Made by a program: the position numbers and the translations under genes. Below are positions 1 through 10,555 of a stretch of 64,000 nucleotides of DNA, in pieces. Each line of letters opens with the position of its first letter. Positions within the stretch are counted from its first letter, which is position 1. Under the pieces are notes generated by a model that did no database searches, was not told the origin of the DNA, and saw only the letters and a list, made by a program, of their open reading frames with translations. Source of the DNA: Polyangiaceae bacterium (GTDB lineage: Bacteria > Myxococcota_A > Polyangia > Polyangiales > Polyangiaceae); assembly GCA_035063585.1 (NCBI GenBank), contig JAPSGB010000015.1, forward strand, positions 1 to 64,000, read 5' to 3'.

Positions 1-121
1 AGCCCGCGCCGCCATCGGAGCCCGCGCCGCCATCGGAGCCCGCGCCGCCATCGGAGCCCGCGCCGCCATCGGAGCCCGCGCCGCCATCGGAGCCCGCGCC
101 GCCATCGGAGCCCGCGCCGCC
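1..121. repeat. 18-bp tandem repeat AGCCCGCGCCGCCATCGG, 6 full copies plus a partial (encodes SDGGAG on the - strand)
   Basis: Directly visible; identical units with no spacers. Confidence 0.95.
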
Positions 122-370
122 CGTCCCGGCGTCGCCCGCATCGCTCAGGCTCGCGCCCGCGCCGGCGTACCCGCCCGACCCTCCCCCTCCCGCGCCTCCC
201 GCCGAGGGACCAGAGCCGCCGGCGCCGGTCCGCGCGCCGGTTCCACCGCCGTAATCCCCGCCGGCTCCGCCGGAGGTGAGCGGCGGCTCCGGCTGCGGGT
301 TCAAGACGCACCCGCCGAAAGCCAGCCCGACGGCCAGCGGCACCATCCCGAGTAGCGACGACCGCCCCAT
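1..370 (-). CDS. Gly-rich lipoprotein with CVLNPQPEPP N-terminal motif (3' end runs off the window)
   Basis: Manual translation from ATG at 370: MGRSSLLGMVPLAVGLAFGGC-VLNPQPEPP, then Gly-rich sequence and SDGGAG repeats. Lipobox-like FGGC. Absent from the ORF track because no stop codon lies in the window. Confidence 0.75.
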   Translation of the reverse strand, partial: MGRSSLLGMVPLAVGLAFGGCVLNPQPEPPLTSGGAGGDYGGGTGARTGAGGSGPSAGGAGGGGSGGYAGAGASLSDAGDAGTGGAGSDGGAGSDGGAGSDGGAGSDGGAGSDGGAGSDGGAG

Positions 371-537
371 GGCACTCAGCTTAGCACGGGGCGTACCACC
401 GCTCGGCACGCGAGCGCGAGACGGCCGCCAACCGGCACTTCGACAGCCTCTCCCGCGCTGCGCGCCTCACCGGCACGGCCGGCACCTGGCACAACGTGGC
501 AGTCCATCGGATCGCCGCGCCCTCCCACGATGGTCAT

Positions 538-879
538 TCAGTCGGCCTCGGGTGCATCGACCGCCGCGTCGCTCATCGCGTCTTCCGCGTCGCTCCCGCC
601 GTCCGCCGCGTCGCCGGCCTCGCCATCGCCAGCCTCGCCGTCGGCGTCGCTGCCGTCCCGGGCGTCGCCACCGTCATCGCTGAGCTCGGCGTCGTTGAAA
701 GCGGTATTTCCGCCGTCCAGCCCGCCGCTACCCCCCGGCTGCTCACCGCCCGTGCCGCCGCTCCCGTTCTGTGAGGCCTCGCCGCTCGGCGGTTCCGGCT
801 GCGGATTCAAGACGCACGCCGATCCGGCGATGAGCGCCGCCAGCGAGACCACCAGCCCAACCCTTCCGAAGCGCGTCAC
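538..879 (-). CDS. Small acidic/Gly-rich lipoprotein with CVLNPQPEPP motif (paralog of 1-370)
   Basis: Within ORF 538..1077. Likely GTG start at 879 (MTRFGRVGLVVSLAALIAGSAC-VLNPQPEPP), preceded by TG-C-TAGACT 7 nt upstream. Confidence 0.75.
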   Translation of the reverse strand: MTRFGRVGLVVSLAALIAGSACVLNPQPEPPSGEASQNGSGGTGGEQPGGSGGLDGGNTAFNDAELSDDGGDARDGSDADGEAGDGEAGDAADGGSDAEDAMSDAAVDAPEAD

Positions 880-919
880 GTGGACGAGTCTAGCAACAAC
901 CCTACCAGCGCGCGAAGCC

Positions 920-1756
920 TCAGCCTCCGCGAGCGCGTCGAGCCTCGGCGAGCAGCGCGAGCGCGCGCTCCAGCTCCGGCGCGGGTTCTCTCGAGAGCTC
1001 TCCGCGAAGCGCCTCGAGCTCGCCGGTGAGCGCGCCGAGCGCTCGCGCGATCTCGTCCCCGTTGGTGGCGAAAACATCGCGCCACATCGCCTCCTGACCG
1101 CCCGCTCCGCGGGTCAGCCGCGCAAACGCCGGACCGGCGGCCCCCGCGGCCCCGCGCCGGACCGACAAGACCTGCATCACGCTCGCAAGCAACTGCGGCA
1201 CGTGGCTCACGAGCGCCACGGCGCGGTCATGCTGCTCCGCGCTCATCGCGACGGGCGTCGCGCCGAGCCCGGCGACGAGCTCCTCGACCCGCGCGAGCGC
1301 CCCGGGCTCGACCCCTTCCGGGCAGAGGAGCCAGCGCGCTCCCTCGAAGAGGTCGGCGCGCGCGAACGCGAGACCGCCCTCGGGCGCGCCGGCCATCGGG
1401 TGGCCGGGCACGAAGCGGCCGGGCTCGGGCTGGGTCTGGGCGGCGCGGCACACGGCGCGCTTCGTGGAGCCGCAGTCGGTGACCACCTGCGCGCGGGACA
1501 GCGCCTCGGGCAGGGCCTCGACGATCGCGCTCACCGGCGTCGCGAGCACCGCGAGGGTCGCGCCGTCGAGCGCGCGAGCGCGAGCCGCCGCGTCGGTGCC
1601 GTCCACGACCGCGTCCGCGGCGCGGGCCGCGAGCGGGCTGCCCGTGAGCTCGGGCCCGTCGACCCCGACCACCACATCGAACAGCCCCCGCTCACGCGCG
1701 CGGAGCGCGAGCGAGCCGCCGATGAGCCCCAGCCCTACGACGACCAGCCGAGTCAT
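920..1756 (-). CDS. tyrA: Prephenate/arogenate dehydrogenase
   Basis: Rossmann motif GLGLIGGSLA, plus DCGSTK, GHPMAG and HDRAVALVSHVPQ typical of TyrA. Confidence 0.92.
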   Translation of the reverse strand: MTRLVVVGLGLIGGSLALRARERGLFDVVVGVDGPELTGSPLAARAADAVVDGTDAAARARALDGATLAVLATPVSAIVEALPEALSRAQVVTDCGSTKRAVCRAAQTQPEPGRFVPGHPMAGAPEGGLAFARADLFEGARWLLCPEGVEPGALARVEELVAGLGATPVAMSAEQHDRAVALVSHVPQLLASVMQVLSVRRGAAGAAGPAFARLTRGAGGQEAMWRDVFATNGDEIARALGALTGELEALRGELSREPAPELERALALLAEARRARGG

Positions 1757-2637
1757 CCGCGCACGGCGGCGCCGATCGCCCGGAGCGTCTCTGCCAGGCT
1801 CACGGCGTCATCCCAGCGGAGCGTCGCGGGCACGCGCGGCTGCTCGCCGTCGGGCCCGACCCAGACCCGGAGGATCACCCCGTCCGCGCCCGCGGCGATG
1901 GCGGCGCGCGCCACCGCCGGCTTGTAGCGCGCGCGCTGCGCGATGGTGGGCACGTCGACCACGATCGGCAGGTGCGTACGGATCTTGGCGCGCGCGATGG
2001 CCGCGATCTCGAGCGTCCGCGCGCCGTTCGGATACTCACCCCCCGCCTCGAGCAGCACCACGCCGGCCTCACGGCGCTCGAGCTCGCGCTCCGCCGCACC
2101 GATCCAGGCGTTCGCGCCCCAGCTCGGCGCGCGCTCGACGAACAGGATGGGCAAGCGCGGCGGCGCAGGCTGCGCGTGGATCGACACGCACGCGAGCGCG
2201 CCGACCGCGTCCGGCGCCACCCGACCGCGCACGGCGGCCGCGTCGAACGGTCTCCCCGCCGCCACCGCGTACGGCAGGCTCGCCGACGACGGCCCTTCGG
2301 GGCCCTCCGCGGGCTCGGGGGCCCGCAGCCCGATGGGCTCTATGGCGATCCACGGCCGATCGCCGCCGATGATCCCCCACGGACCCTCCACCACCGTCGA
2401 GTGGCTGCGAAATCGCCGCGACGCCAGGCGGAAGGGCTCGCTCACCCGCACCACCTCGCTGACGCCCCCGAGCTCCCGCACCACCGCGACGTCCTCCGAG
2501 GTCACGTCACCGACCACCCCGATGATGGTCCTCGACTGCCCGCTCGACCGGTGGACGTCGAATCCCGCGCCCACCAAGTACGCGATGACCGCCTCCACGG
2601 CCGCCTCGGGTGCCTCCGCGTCCATCACGACGATCAT
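1753..2637 (-). CDS. DAHP synthase type I-beta homologue with N-terminal ferredoxin-like/ACT domain; catalytic motifs degenerate
   Basis: Start MIVVMD at 2637. Segments RTIIGVVGD, VVRVSEPFRLASRRF, RTLEIAAI, HLPIVVD and RAAIAAGADGVI follow the Thermotoga-type AroF layout, but IAGPCSVE, KPRTS, GARN and DPSH are absent. 4-nt overlap with tyrA. Confidence 0.8.
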   Translation of the reverse strand: MIVVMDAEAPEAAVEAVIAYLVGAGFDVHRSSGQSRTIIGVVGDVTSEDVAVVRELGGVSEVVRVSEPFRLASRRFRSHSTVVEGPWGIIGGDRPWIAIEPIGLRAPEPAEGPEGPSSASLPYAVAAGRPFDAAAVRGRVAPDAVGALACVSIHAQPAPPRLPILFVERAPSWGANAWIGAAERELERREAGVVLLEAGGEYPNGARTLEIAAIARAKIRTHLPIVVDVPTIAQRARYKPAVARAAIAAGADGVILRVWVGPDGEQPRVPATLRWDDAVSLAETLRAIGAAVRG

Positions 2638-2803
2638 CGGGTCGCCTACGGTATCAAAAACTTCGCGCGCCGCGAGCGGTGATTCACGGGCTTCGGGTCC
2701 GCGGACGCGAGAATCGCCGAACGGAAGTGCCCTCCCTGGCGAGGCTGAGCTAAGGTGCGGGAAGCCGGGCCTCGACGGGCCTCGGCTCAGCAGCGTTCGT
2801 TCG

Positions 2804-4450
<1,647 letters not shown>

Positions 4451-4516
4451 AGCTCCTCCGCGCTTGACCCCCGGCGCGCCGCCCGGATAGGACGACCCGA
4501 CGGGAGGCGGTGACGA

Positions 4517-6397
4517 GTGCGGGAGTCGTGGAAATCTCGGTTTGGCCTAGTCCTCGCCGCGGCGGGCAACGCGGTCGGGATCGGCAACCTCCTGCGATTT
4601 CCCGGGCAGGCCGCCAACAACGGGGGCGGCGCGTTCATCCTGCCGTACCTCATCTCGCTCGTCCTCTTCGGTGTGCCGATGATGTGGGTAGCCTGGACGA
4701 TCGGCCGTCTCGGCGGCCGTCACGGGCACGGCACCACGCCGGGCATCTTCGACAAGCTCACCCGCTGGCGCGGCGGCAAGTATCTCGGCGCGCTCGGCGT
4801 GGCGATCCCCTTCGCCTTTTGCATCTTCTACACCTACCTCGAGGCGTGGTGCCTCGCCTACGCGTGGTTCTCCTTCCGCGGGACGTACGCTGGCGCGCAC
4901 CTGCCGACCTTCCTCCGAGAGTTTCAGGGAGTCCTGCCCACCGCCAACTACTTCTCGTCGGTGAACGTCGCCTTCGTCTTCCTCCTCATCACGCTCGCGC
5001 TCAACGTCTGGGTGCTTTACCGAGGGGTGGCTGCAGGCATCGAGCTACTCGCCAAGATCGCGATGCCGCTCCTCATCGTGTTCTGCGTGCTCCTCTGCGT
5101 GCGCATCTTCACCATGCCGGACGCCAAGGGCAGCGTCACCGACGGCCTCGGCTTCATCTGGAACCCCAATTTCTCCGCGCTCGCGAGCCCGAAGGTCTGG
5201 CTCGCCGCGGCCGGTCAGATCTTCTTCACGCTGAGCCTCGGCCTCGGCGCGCTCGAGTGCTACGCGAGCTACGTCCGCTCCGACGACGACATCGCCGTCA
5301 CCGGGCTCACCACCGCCGCCACCAACGAGTTCGTCGAGATCATCCTCGGCAGCATGATAGCGATCCCGGCGGCCGCGGTCTTCTTCGGCGCGGGCGCCAT
5401 ACCGCAGATCGCCTCCACCGGCACCTTCGACATCGGCATGGTGAGCATGCCGCAGATCCTGGCGGGCTCGCCCATCTTCGGCACCATCTGGTTTCTCCTC
5501 CTCTTCTTCGCCGCGTTCACCTCTTCGGTCGGTGTCTGCCAGCCGGTGATGGCGTTCTTCCAGGACGAGGCCAAGCTGAGCCGCGGCGCGGCGGCGGCCA
5601 TCGTCGGCCTGTTCTGGCTGCTCGCGAGCGTCCCGATCGTCTTCTTCTACAAGTACGGCATCCTCGACGAGCTCGACTTCTGGGCGGGCACGCTCGGCTT
5701 GGTCGTCTTCAGCGCCATCGAAGCCATCCTCTTCGCCTGGGTGTTCGGCATCGGCAAGGGCTGGCAGGAGCTCCACCGCGGCGCCCTCATGCGTGTCCCC
5801 GCGGTGTTTCGCTTCATGATGAAGTACGTCACTCCGACCGCGCTCATCCTGCTCCTCGGCGGCTGGGTCTACAGCGACGTCATCGTCGGCGACGCGCTCA
5901 GCATCCGCCCGCGCATGAACATCGGCGTGATGGAAGCGGCGCGCTACCCGGGCGAGTTCGTGTCGGGCGACGGCGACGCTGGCGCCAAACGCCAGGTCGC
6001 CGCGCTGAAGGCGCCGCTCCTCGACGCGGTCGCCGAGGCCGGCCGCGACGCGACGGCGTGGGTGACGGTCAGCCTCGACGCGCGGGGCACGCCCACCGTC
6101 CTTCGCGTCGAGGGCGACCCGCTCTTCGAACGCGCGCTCGGGATCGAGCAGGTCGATCAAATGTTGCGGGTCGATCGCTATCGCTACCTCGAGAACGGCG
6201 AGACCGCCCCGACCCGGGTGGTGCTCGTCATGCAGGTCCTCTACACCGCCCCGTACATCTGGCTCGGACGCGGCATGCTCATCGGCCTGCTCCTCTTCTT
6301 CGTGGTCATGGTCCGCGTGCTCTGGAAGCGGCGCGCGGAAGACGCCTCGCGGGCCGGAGCGCCCGAGCCGGCGGGCCCCGCCTCGGAGGCGACGTGA
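4517..6397 (+). CDS. Sodium-dependent transporter, NSS/SNF family, with extra domain before the last TM
   Basis: RESWKSRFGLVLAAAGNAVGIGNLLRFP, GGGAF and WLAAAGQIFFTLSLG NSS signatures. Confidence 0.92.
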   Translation: MRESWKSRFGLVLAAAGNAVGIGNLLRFPGQAANNGGGAFILPYLISLVLFGVPMMWVAWTIGRLGGRHGHGTTPGIFDKLTRWRGGKYLGALGVAIPFAFCIFYTYLEAWCLAYAWFSFRGTYAGAHLPTFLREFQGVLPTANYFSSVNVAFVFLLITLALNVWVLYRGVAAGIELLAKIAMPLLIVFCVLLCVRIFTMPDAKGSVTDGLGFIWNPNFSALASPKVWLAAAGQIFFTLSLGLGALECYASYVRSDDDIAVTGLTTAATNEFVEIILGSMIAIPAAAVFFGAGAIPQIASTGTFDIGMVSMPQILAGSPIFGTIWFLLLFFAAFTSSVGVCQPVMAFFQDEAKLSRGAAAAIVGLFWLLASVPIVFFYKYGILDELDFWAGTLGLVVFSAIEAILFAWVFGIGKGWQELHRGALMRVPAVFRFMMKYVTPTALILLLGGWVYSDVIVGDALSIRPRMNIGVMEAARYPGEFVSGDGDAGAKRQVAALKAPLLDAVAEAGRDATAWVTVSLDARGTPTVLRVEGDPLFERALGIEQVDQMLRVDRYRYLENGETAPTRVVLVMQVLYTAPYIWLGRGMLIGLLLFFVVMVRVLWKRRAEDASRAGAPEPAGPASEAT

Positions 6398-6498
6398 CGC
6401 TCGGCGGCTGGCTCATGATGCTCGGCACCTGGGGCGTCGTCATCGCCGTCACCGTGTTCTGCCTCGCCCGCCTCTTCGGCAAGCGCTCCGGCGAATGA
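6394..6498 (+). CDS. 34-aa single-TM protein, probable NSS transporter small subunit (MetS-like)
   Basis: GTG overlaps the NSS stop (GTGA): MTLGGWLMMLGTWGVVIAVTVFCLARLFGKRSGE. Its stop overlaps the next ATG (ATGA). Confidence 0.7.
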   Translation: MTLGGWLMMLGTWGVVIAVTVFCLARLFGKRSGE

Positions 6499-7739
6499 GC
6501 AGCCCGGCTGGAGAGGGTGGCCGGTCCGGCGCGGAACCCCGCGGCTCGAACGCGCGCCGCTTCACCTTCCGTGGCAACCTCGAGGGCTCGCGTCACGGCT
6601 GGCTCCGGCTCACTCCGGCCTACTCGGTGCACCTGGTCCGGGAGCTCCTCGACACGCTCCCGCGCCCCGAGCTCCCGATCCTCGACCCCTTCTCGGGCAC
6701 CGGCACGACCCTGCTCGCCAGCGCCGAGCGCGGTCTCGACTGCGACGCGGTGGACGTGAACCCGCTGCTCATCTGGCTGGCGCGCGCGAAAGTGGCCGCC
6801 TATCCCGCGCGGACGCTCGACGCCGCCGAGCACGCGGTGGCCGCCATGGCGCGTGCGGCGCGCGCGCGGCGCGCGCCCGCGCCCTTCACCCCACCCATCC
6901 ACCACATCGAGCGGTGGTGGGACGCTCGCACGCTCGGCGCCCTCGCCCGCGCCCACGCTGCGCGACCGCCGAGGCCGAGCGGCGCGCGGGACCTCGCGCT
7001 GCTCGCCTTCTGCCGCGCGCTCATCACGACGGCCCAGGTGAGCTTCGGGCACCAGTCGATGTCCTTCGCTTCCCACGCGGCGCGCGACGACGCGAGCGCG
7101 CCGGAGGACGTCGCGCAGGCGCTCCTCGACGCGGTGCGGGGGCTCCGCGCGAGCGCCGCGCCGCTCCCGCGCTCCAAGCGCCGCGTGGTGCTCGCGGACT
7201 CCCGCGCGCTCGAGCCCGCCCTCGAGGGGCGACGCTACGGCGCGGTCATCACCTCGCCCCCGTACTGCAACCGGATGAGCTACATCCGTGAGCTCCGGCC
7301 GTACATGTACTGGCTCGGCTACCTCGAAGCTCGCGGCGACGCCGGCGAGCTCGACTGGCGCGCCATCGGCGGCACCTGGGGCGCGGCGACCAGCCGTCTC
7401 TCCACCTGGAAGCCGCCGGACGGGCCCGCGCTCGGCGCGCTCGCGGGGCTCACGCGCCGCATCGCCGCCGAGAGCCCGCTGCTCGCCACCTACGTCGCGC
7501 GCTACTTCGCGGATCTCGCGGCGCACGTCGGCTCGGTCACCCGCCTGGTCGCGCCCGGTGCGACGCTCGCTTACGTGATCGGCAACTCGAAGTTCTACGA
7601 CGTCGTGGTGCCGGCCGAAGAGCTCCTCGCCCAGCTCTTCGAGCGCGAGGGGCTCGCGGACGCGCGGGTCGAGGTGCTCCGTAAGCGCAGCTCGAAGCGC
7701 GAGCTCTACGAGTACCTGGTGACCGCGCGCCGCCCGTGA
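6495..7739 (+). CDS. Orphan amino-DNA methyltransferase (SPPY, N4-mC-like)
   Basis: Motif I ILDPFSGTGTT followed by motif IV ITSPPY; VIGNS near the C-terminus. Confidence 0.8.
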   Translation: MSSPAGEGGRSGAEPRGSNARRFTFRGNLEGSRHGWLRLTPAYSVHLVRELLDTLPRPELPILDPFSGTGTTLLASAERGLDCDAVDVNPLLIWLARAKVAAYPARTLDAAEHAVAAMARAARARRAPAPFTPPIHHIERWWDARTLGALARAHAARPPRPSGARDLALLAFCRALITTAQVSFGHQSMSFASHAARDDASAPEDVAQALLDAVRGLRASAAPLPRSKRRVVLADSRALEPALEGRRYGAVITSPPYCNRMSYIRELRPYMYWLGYLEARGDAGELDWRAIGGTWGAATSRLSTWKPPDGPALGALAGLTRRIAAESPLLATYVARYFADLAAHVGSVTRLVAPGATLAYVIGNSKFYDVVVPAEELLAQLFEREGLADARVEVLRKRSSKRELYEYLVTARRP

Positions 7740-7751
7740 CCCGCGCCCGGC

Positions 7752-9059
7752 TCACCCGCGCGCGGAGATCACCTCTGCGCCGACGAAGGCGCGGAGCGCC
7801 TCGGGCACGACGACGCTGCCGTCCTTCCTCTGATACTGCTCGAAGATTGCGACCAGCGCGCGGCCGACCGCGATCCCGGAGCCGTTCAGCGTGTGGACGA
7901 GCCGCGGTTTTGCCTTCGGCTCGGCGCGATAGCGGATCTTGGCGCGCCGCGCCTGGTAGTCGGTGTAGAGCGAGCAGCTCGAGATCTCGCGGTACGCGTC
8001 CTGCGACGGCAGCCAGACCTCGAGATCGTAGGTCTTGGCGGCGCCGAACCCGAGATCGCCCGCGCATAGCTCGACCACCCGGTAGTGCAGCCCGAGCCGC
8101 TGGAGCACCGCCTCGGCGTGGCCGGTGAGCCGCTCCAGCTCGGCGAGCGAGCCCTCCGGCTCGGCGAACCGGACCAGCTCCACCTTGTCGAACTGATGTT
8201 GTCGGATGAGCCCGCGCACATCCTTGCCGTAGGAGCCCGCCTCACTGCGAAAGCACGGCGTAAACGCGGTGTAGGCGAGGGGCAGCGCGGCGCCGTCGAG
8301 GATCTCGTCGGCGTGCAGGTTGGTGACCGGCACCTCCGCGGTCGGGATGAGATAGAGCGGGCTCGGATCGTCCTCGCCGCTGCGGCGCGTCTTGAAGAGA
8401 TCCGCCTCGAACTTCGGGAGCTGGCCGGTGCCGCGGAGCGCGTCACCCTTCACGAGGTACGGCGGCGCCACCTCGGTGTAGCCGTGCTCGCGCGTGTGAA
8501 GATCCAGCATGAACGCGACGAGCGCGCGCTCGAGCCGCGCCGCCACGCCCCACAGCACCGCGAAGCGCGCCCCCGAGAGCTTGGCGGCGCGCTCGAAATC
8601 GAGCACACCGAGCCGCGCTCCGAGGTCCCAGTGCGTCGCGGGCTCGAAGTCGAACACCGGCCGTTCACCCCAGACGCGCCTCACGGGGTTGTCCTGCTCG
8701 CCCGCGCCGTCGGGCGAGGACTCGTGCGGGAGGTTCGGCACCGCGAGCAGCTCCTCCTCGAGGCGCGCCTCGACCTCGCGCAGCCGCGCCTCGTGCAGCT
8801 TCACCGCTTCGGAGAGCTGCTTCAGCTCCTCGCGGCGAGCGGCGAACGCCGCCGGATCACCACCCTTGGCGAGCCGGCTCATCTCCTGGTTGGCCGCGTT
8901 ACGCCGCGCCTGGAGCGTCTCGGTCTCGGCGACGAGCTCGCGCCGCCGGGCGATGAGCTCGGAGAGCCCGTCCAGGCTGCTGACGACGCCCGCCGAGCGG
9001 CGCCGCAAGGCACCGCGAACCTCATCCAGATGGTCGGCGACGAAGCGCGGGTCGAGCAT
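7752..9059 (-). CDS. serS: Seryl-tRNA synthetase
   Basis: MLDPRF start, [59 protein letters not shown]. Confidence 0.98.
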   Translation of the reverse strand: MLDPRFVADHLDEVRGALRRRSAGVVSSLDGLSELIARRRELVAETETLQARRNAANQEMSRLAKGGDPAAFAARREELKQLSEAVKLHEARLREVEARLEEELLAVPNLPHESSPDGAGEQDNPVRRVWGERPVFDFEPATHWDLGARLGVLDFERAAKLSGARFAVLWGVAARLERALVAFMLDLHTREHGYTEVAPPYLVKGDALRGTGQLPKFEADLFKTRRSGEDDPSPLYLIPTAEVPVTNLHADEILDGAALPLAYTAFTPCFRSEAGSYGKDVRGLIRQHQFDKVELVRFAEPEGSLAELERLTGHAEAVLQRLGLHYRVVELCAGDLGFGAAKTYDLEVWLPSQDAYREISSCSLYTDYQARRAKIRYRAEPKAKPRLVHTLNGSGIAVGRALVAIFEQYQRKDGSVVVPEALRAFVGAEVISARG

Positions 9060-9073
9060 GGGGCCTCCTCCTA

Positions 9074-9095
9074 CCGCTTCCGCGCCGAGCCGACC
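9074..9095. repeat. Single arm of REP-like element family
   Basis: Reverse complement GGTCGGCTCGGCGCGGAAGCGG resembles the arms at 25559 and 30785. Confidence 0.5.
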
Positions 9096-9126
9096 AGAAG
9101 CCCTCGCAGCCCCTCGCGCCCACCCG

Positions 9127-9660
9127 TCAGAACCCGACCCCGATGCCGACCCCGACCGTCACCCGCGGGCGGTTCAGCGCCTGCTGGACCCGGAGCCAAT
9201 CGGTCACCAGGGTGCAGGTGCGGAGCTGCGGGCCGTCGCAGCCTCGCCAGACCCCGCCGTCCGTGCGCTCGCCGTCGTCGTCGAAATAGACGACGCGACC
9301 GTCCGGCAAGATGGCGAGCCACGCGGCCGCGCCGCCCGGCGGCGCCGCGTTGGCGACCCCGATGCGCCCGAGCAGGCGGTTGTCCGTTCCTGCGAGGAAG
9401 CCGTCGGGGAGCAGGATCCCGAGCGGCTCGTTGTTGCCGTCGAAGATCCGCCCGGCCCGATCGATCGCGAAGAGCAGGTCGCCATCCTGGACCACCTGCC
9501 CGTTCGGCAGGATCTCGATGGGATCCTCCCCGGAGCGCTCCCAGCGCGCGGGGGCGATGACCAAGGGCGCGCCGCCCTCCTGCCAGCGTGGAGGTGGCGT
9601 CGCCGCGCAAGCTCCAAGCACCCCTGCGATCACCACCACTCCGAGCCAGCTCCTCACCAT
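9127..9660 (-). CDS. Hypothetical lipoprotein
   Basis: Signal peptide with VLGAC lipobox, repeated DG-x-V beta-hairpin-like units, C-terminal GVGIGVGF. Confidence 0.75.
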   Translation of the reverse strand: MVRSWLGVVVIAGVLGACAATPPPRWQEGGAPLVIAPARWERSGEDPIEILPNGQVVQDGDLLFAIDRAGRIFDGNNEPLGILLPDGFLAGTDNRLLGRIGVANAAPPGGAAAWLAILPDGRVVYFDDDGERTDGGVWRGCDGPQLRTCTLVTDWLRVQQALNRPRVTVGVGIGVGF

Positions 9661-9739
9661 CCGAGAAAATATAGCGCGGATCTCGCGGTCAGCCGCGTGC
9701 AGCCCGCCGCGCTCGCCTGCCGAATTCTTGCCAGGGACG

Positions 9740-9757
9740 ACACCTACATGTAGGTGT
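9740..9757. promoter_or_regulatory. Perfect 18-bp palindrome ACACCTACATGTAGGTGT between divergent genes; candidate operator
   Basis: Perfect dyad, AT-richer than its surroundings, 12 nt before ATG 9770. Confidence 0.5.
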
Positions 9758-9769
9758 TACCCATACATC

Positions 9770-10555
9770 ATGAGCTCGCCCCAACCCGCTCCGTGCGCCG
9801 AGTTCCCGAACGACAACCTCGCGCTCCACCGAGGTGCGCTCTGGACGCTGGTAGCCGCGCTGGGCGCCCCCGCCCCGCTGCTCCCCGAGGCGCGCCAGGC
9901 GAGCTCCACCGGTGCGCCTCCCGAGCCCGAGCCCGTCCCCGACGGCTTCGACCGCGAGCTCCCGGAGTCGGAGGCCGAGATCGATCTCGAGGCGGACGAC
10001 CTCTCCGACGCAAGCTCGCTCCCCCCAGTGGTCAGCGAGCCGGCGCTGGTCACCATCATCGAGCTCGAGGCCGGAGCCGACGCGTCGGCCCCGGAGCCGC
10101 AGCCAAGTCCCATTTCCCCCAGGAAACTCGCGCGCGAGGCGAGCGCCCCGGCGGACGATCCCTTCGCGACCCTGATCGGCGCGCTCACCGCCGCCGCGCT
10201 CGACGCGGGCGCGACCCGCGCCGCGCTCGCCCTCGACCCGCTCCTCCGCGACGCGTGCCTCGACGCCCTCGCCGGAGACGCGACGCTCACGGAGCGCTTG
10301 GTGCGCGCGCGACTCGTCGAGCGCCACGGTGCGACCGTCCGCGCGAGCGCGCGGCTCGCCGGCGAGGCCGCCGCTTGGCGCGCGGTGCTGCGCGGCGAGA
10401 GCGCCGACCTCGCGGCGTGCGGCAGCGCCACGCTCGATGACTGGTCGGCCGACCTGCTCGCCGCGCTGCTCGACGCGTCGACCGAACGGAAGCGCGAGTT
10501 CAAGCGGGAACTCCGCCGCCACGGCGTCGCGGCCTTCGGGCTCATCGCCGCTTGA
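9770..10555 (+). CDS. Hypothetical protein (acidic linker plus C-terminal domain)
   Basis: In-frame ATG at 9770 within ORF 9311..10555; coding-like codon pattern. Confidence 0.65.
   Translation: MSSPQPAPCAEFPNDNLALHRGALWTLVAALGAPAPLLPEARQASSTGAPPEPEPVPDGFDRELPESEAEIDLEADDLSDASSLPPVVSEPALVTIIELEAGADASAPEPQPSPISPRKLAREASAPADDPFATLIGALTAAALDAGATRAALALDPLLRDACLDALAGDATLTERLVRARLVERHGATVRASARLAGEAAAWRAVLRGESADLAACGSATLDDWSADLLAALLDASTERKREFKRELRRHGVAAFGLIAA

Noticed and set aside
1..121. Possible CRISPR array
   Set aside because: The 18-bp units are contiguous with no unique spacers and are in frame within a lipoprotein gene; no cas genes in the window.
487..501. Sigma-54 promoter TGGCACAACGTGGCA
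   Set aside because: GG-to-GC spacing is one base short of the -24/-12 consensus and it faces no plus-strand gene.
1943..2803. N-terminal 287 aa of the 835-aa kinase ORF
   Set aside because: It is the antisense of the DAHP-synthase-like gene; kinase sequence starts at ATG 2804.
6495..7739. Complete restriction-modification system
   Set aside because: No endonuclease-like ORF next to the methylase; the neighbours are a transporter and serS.
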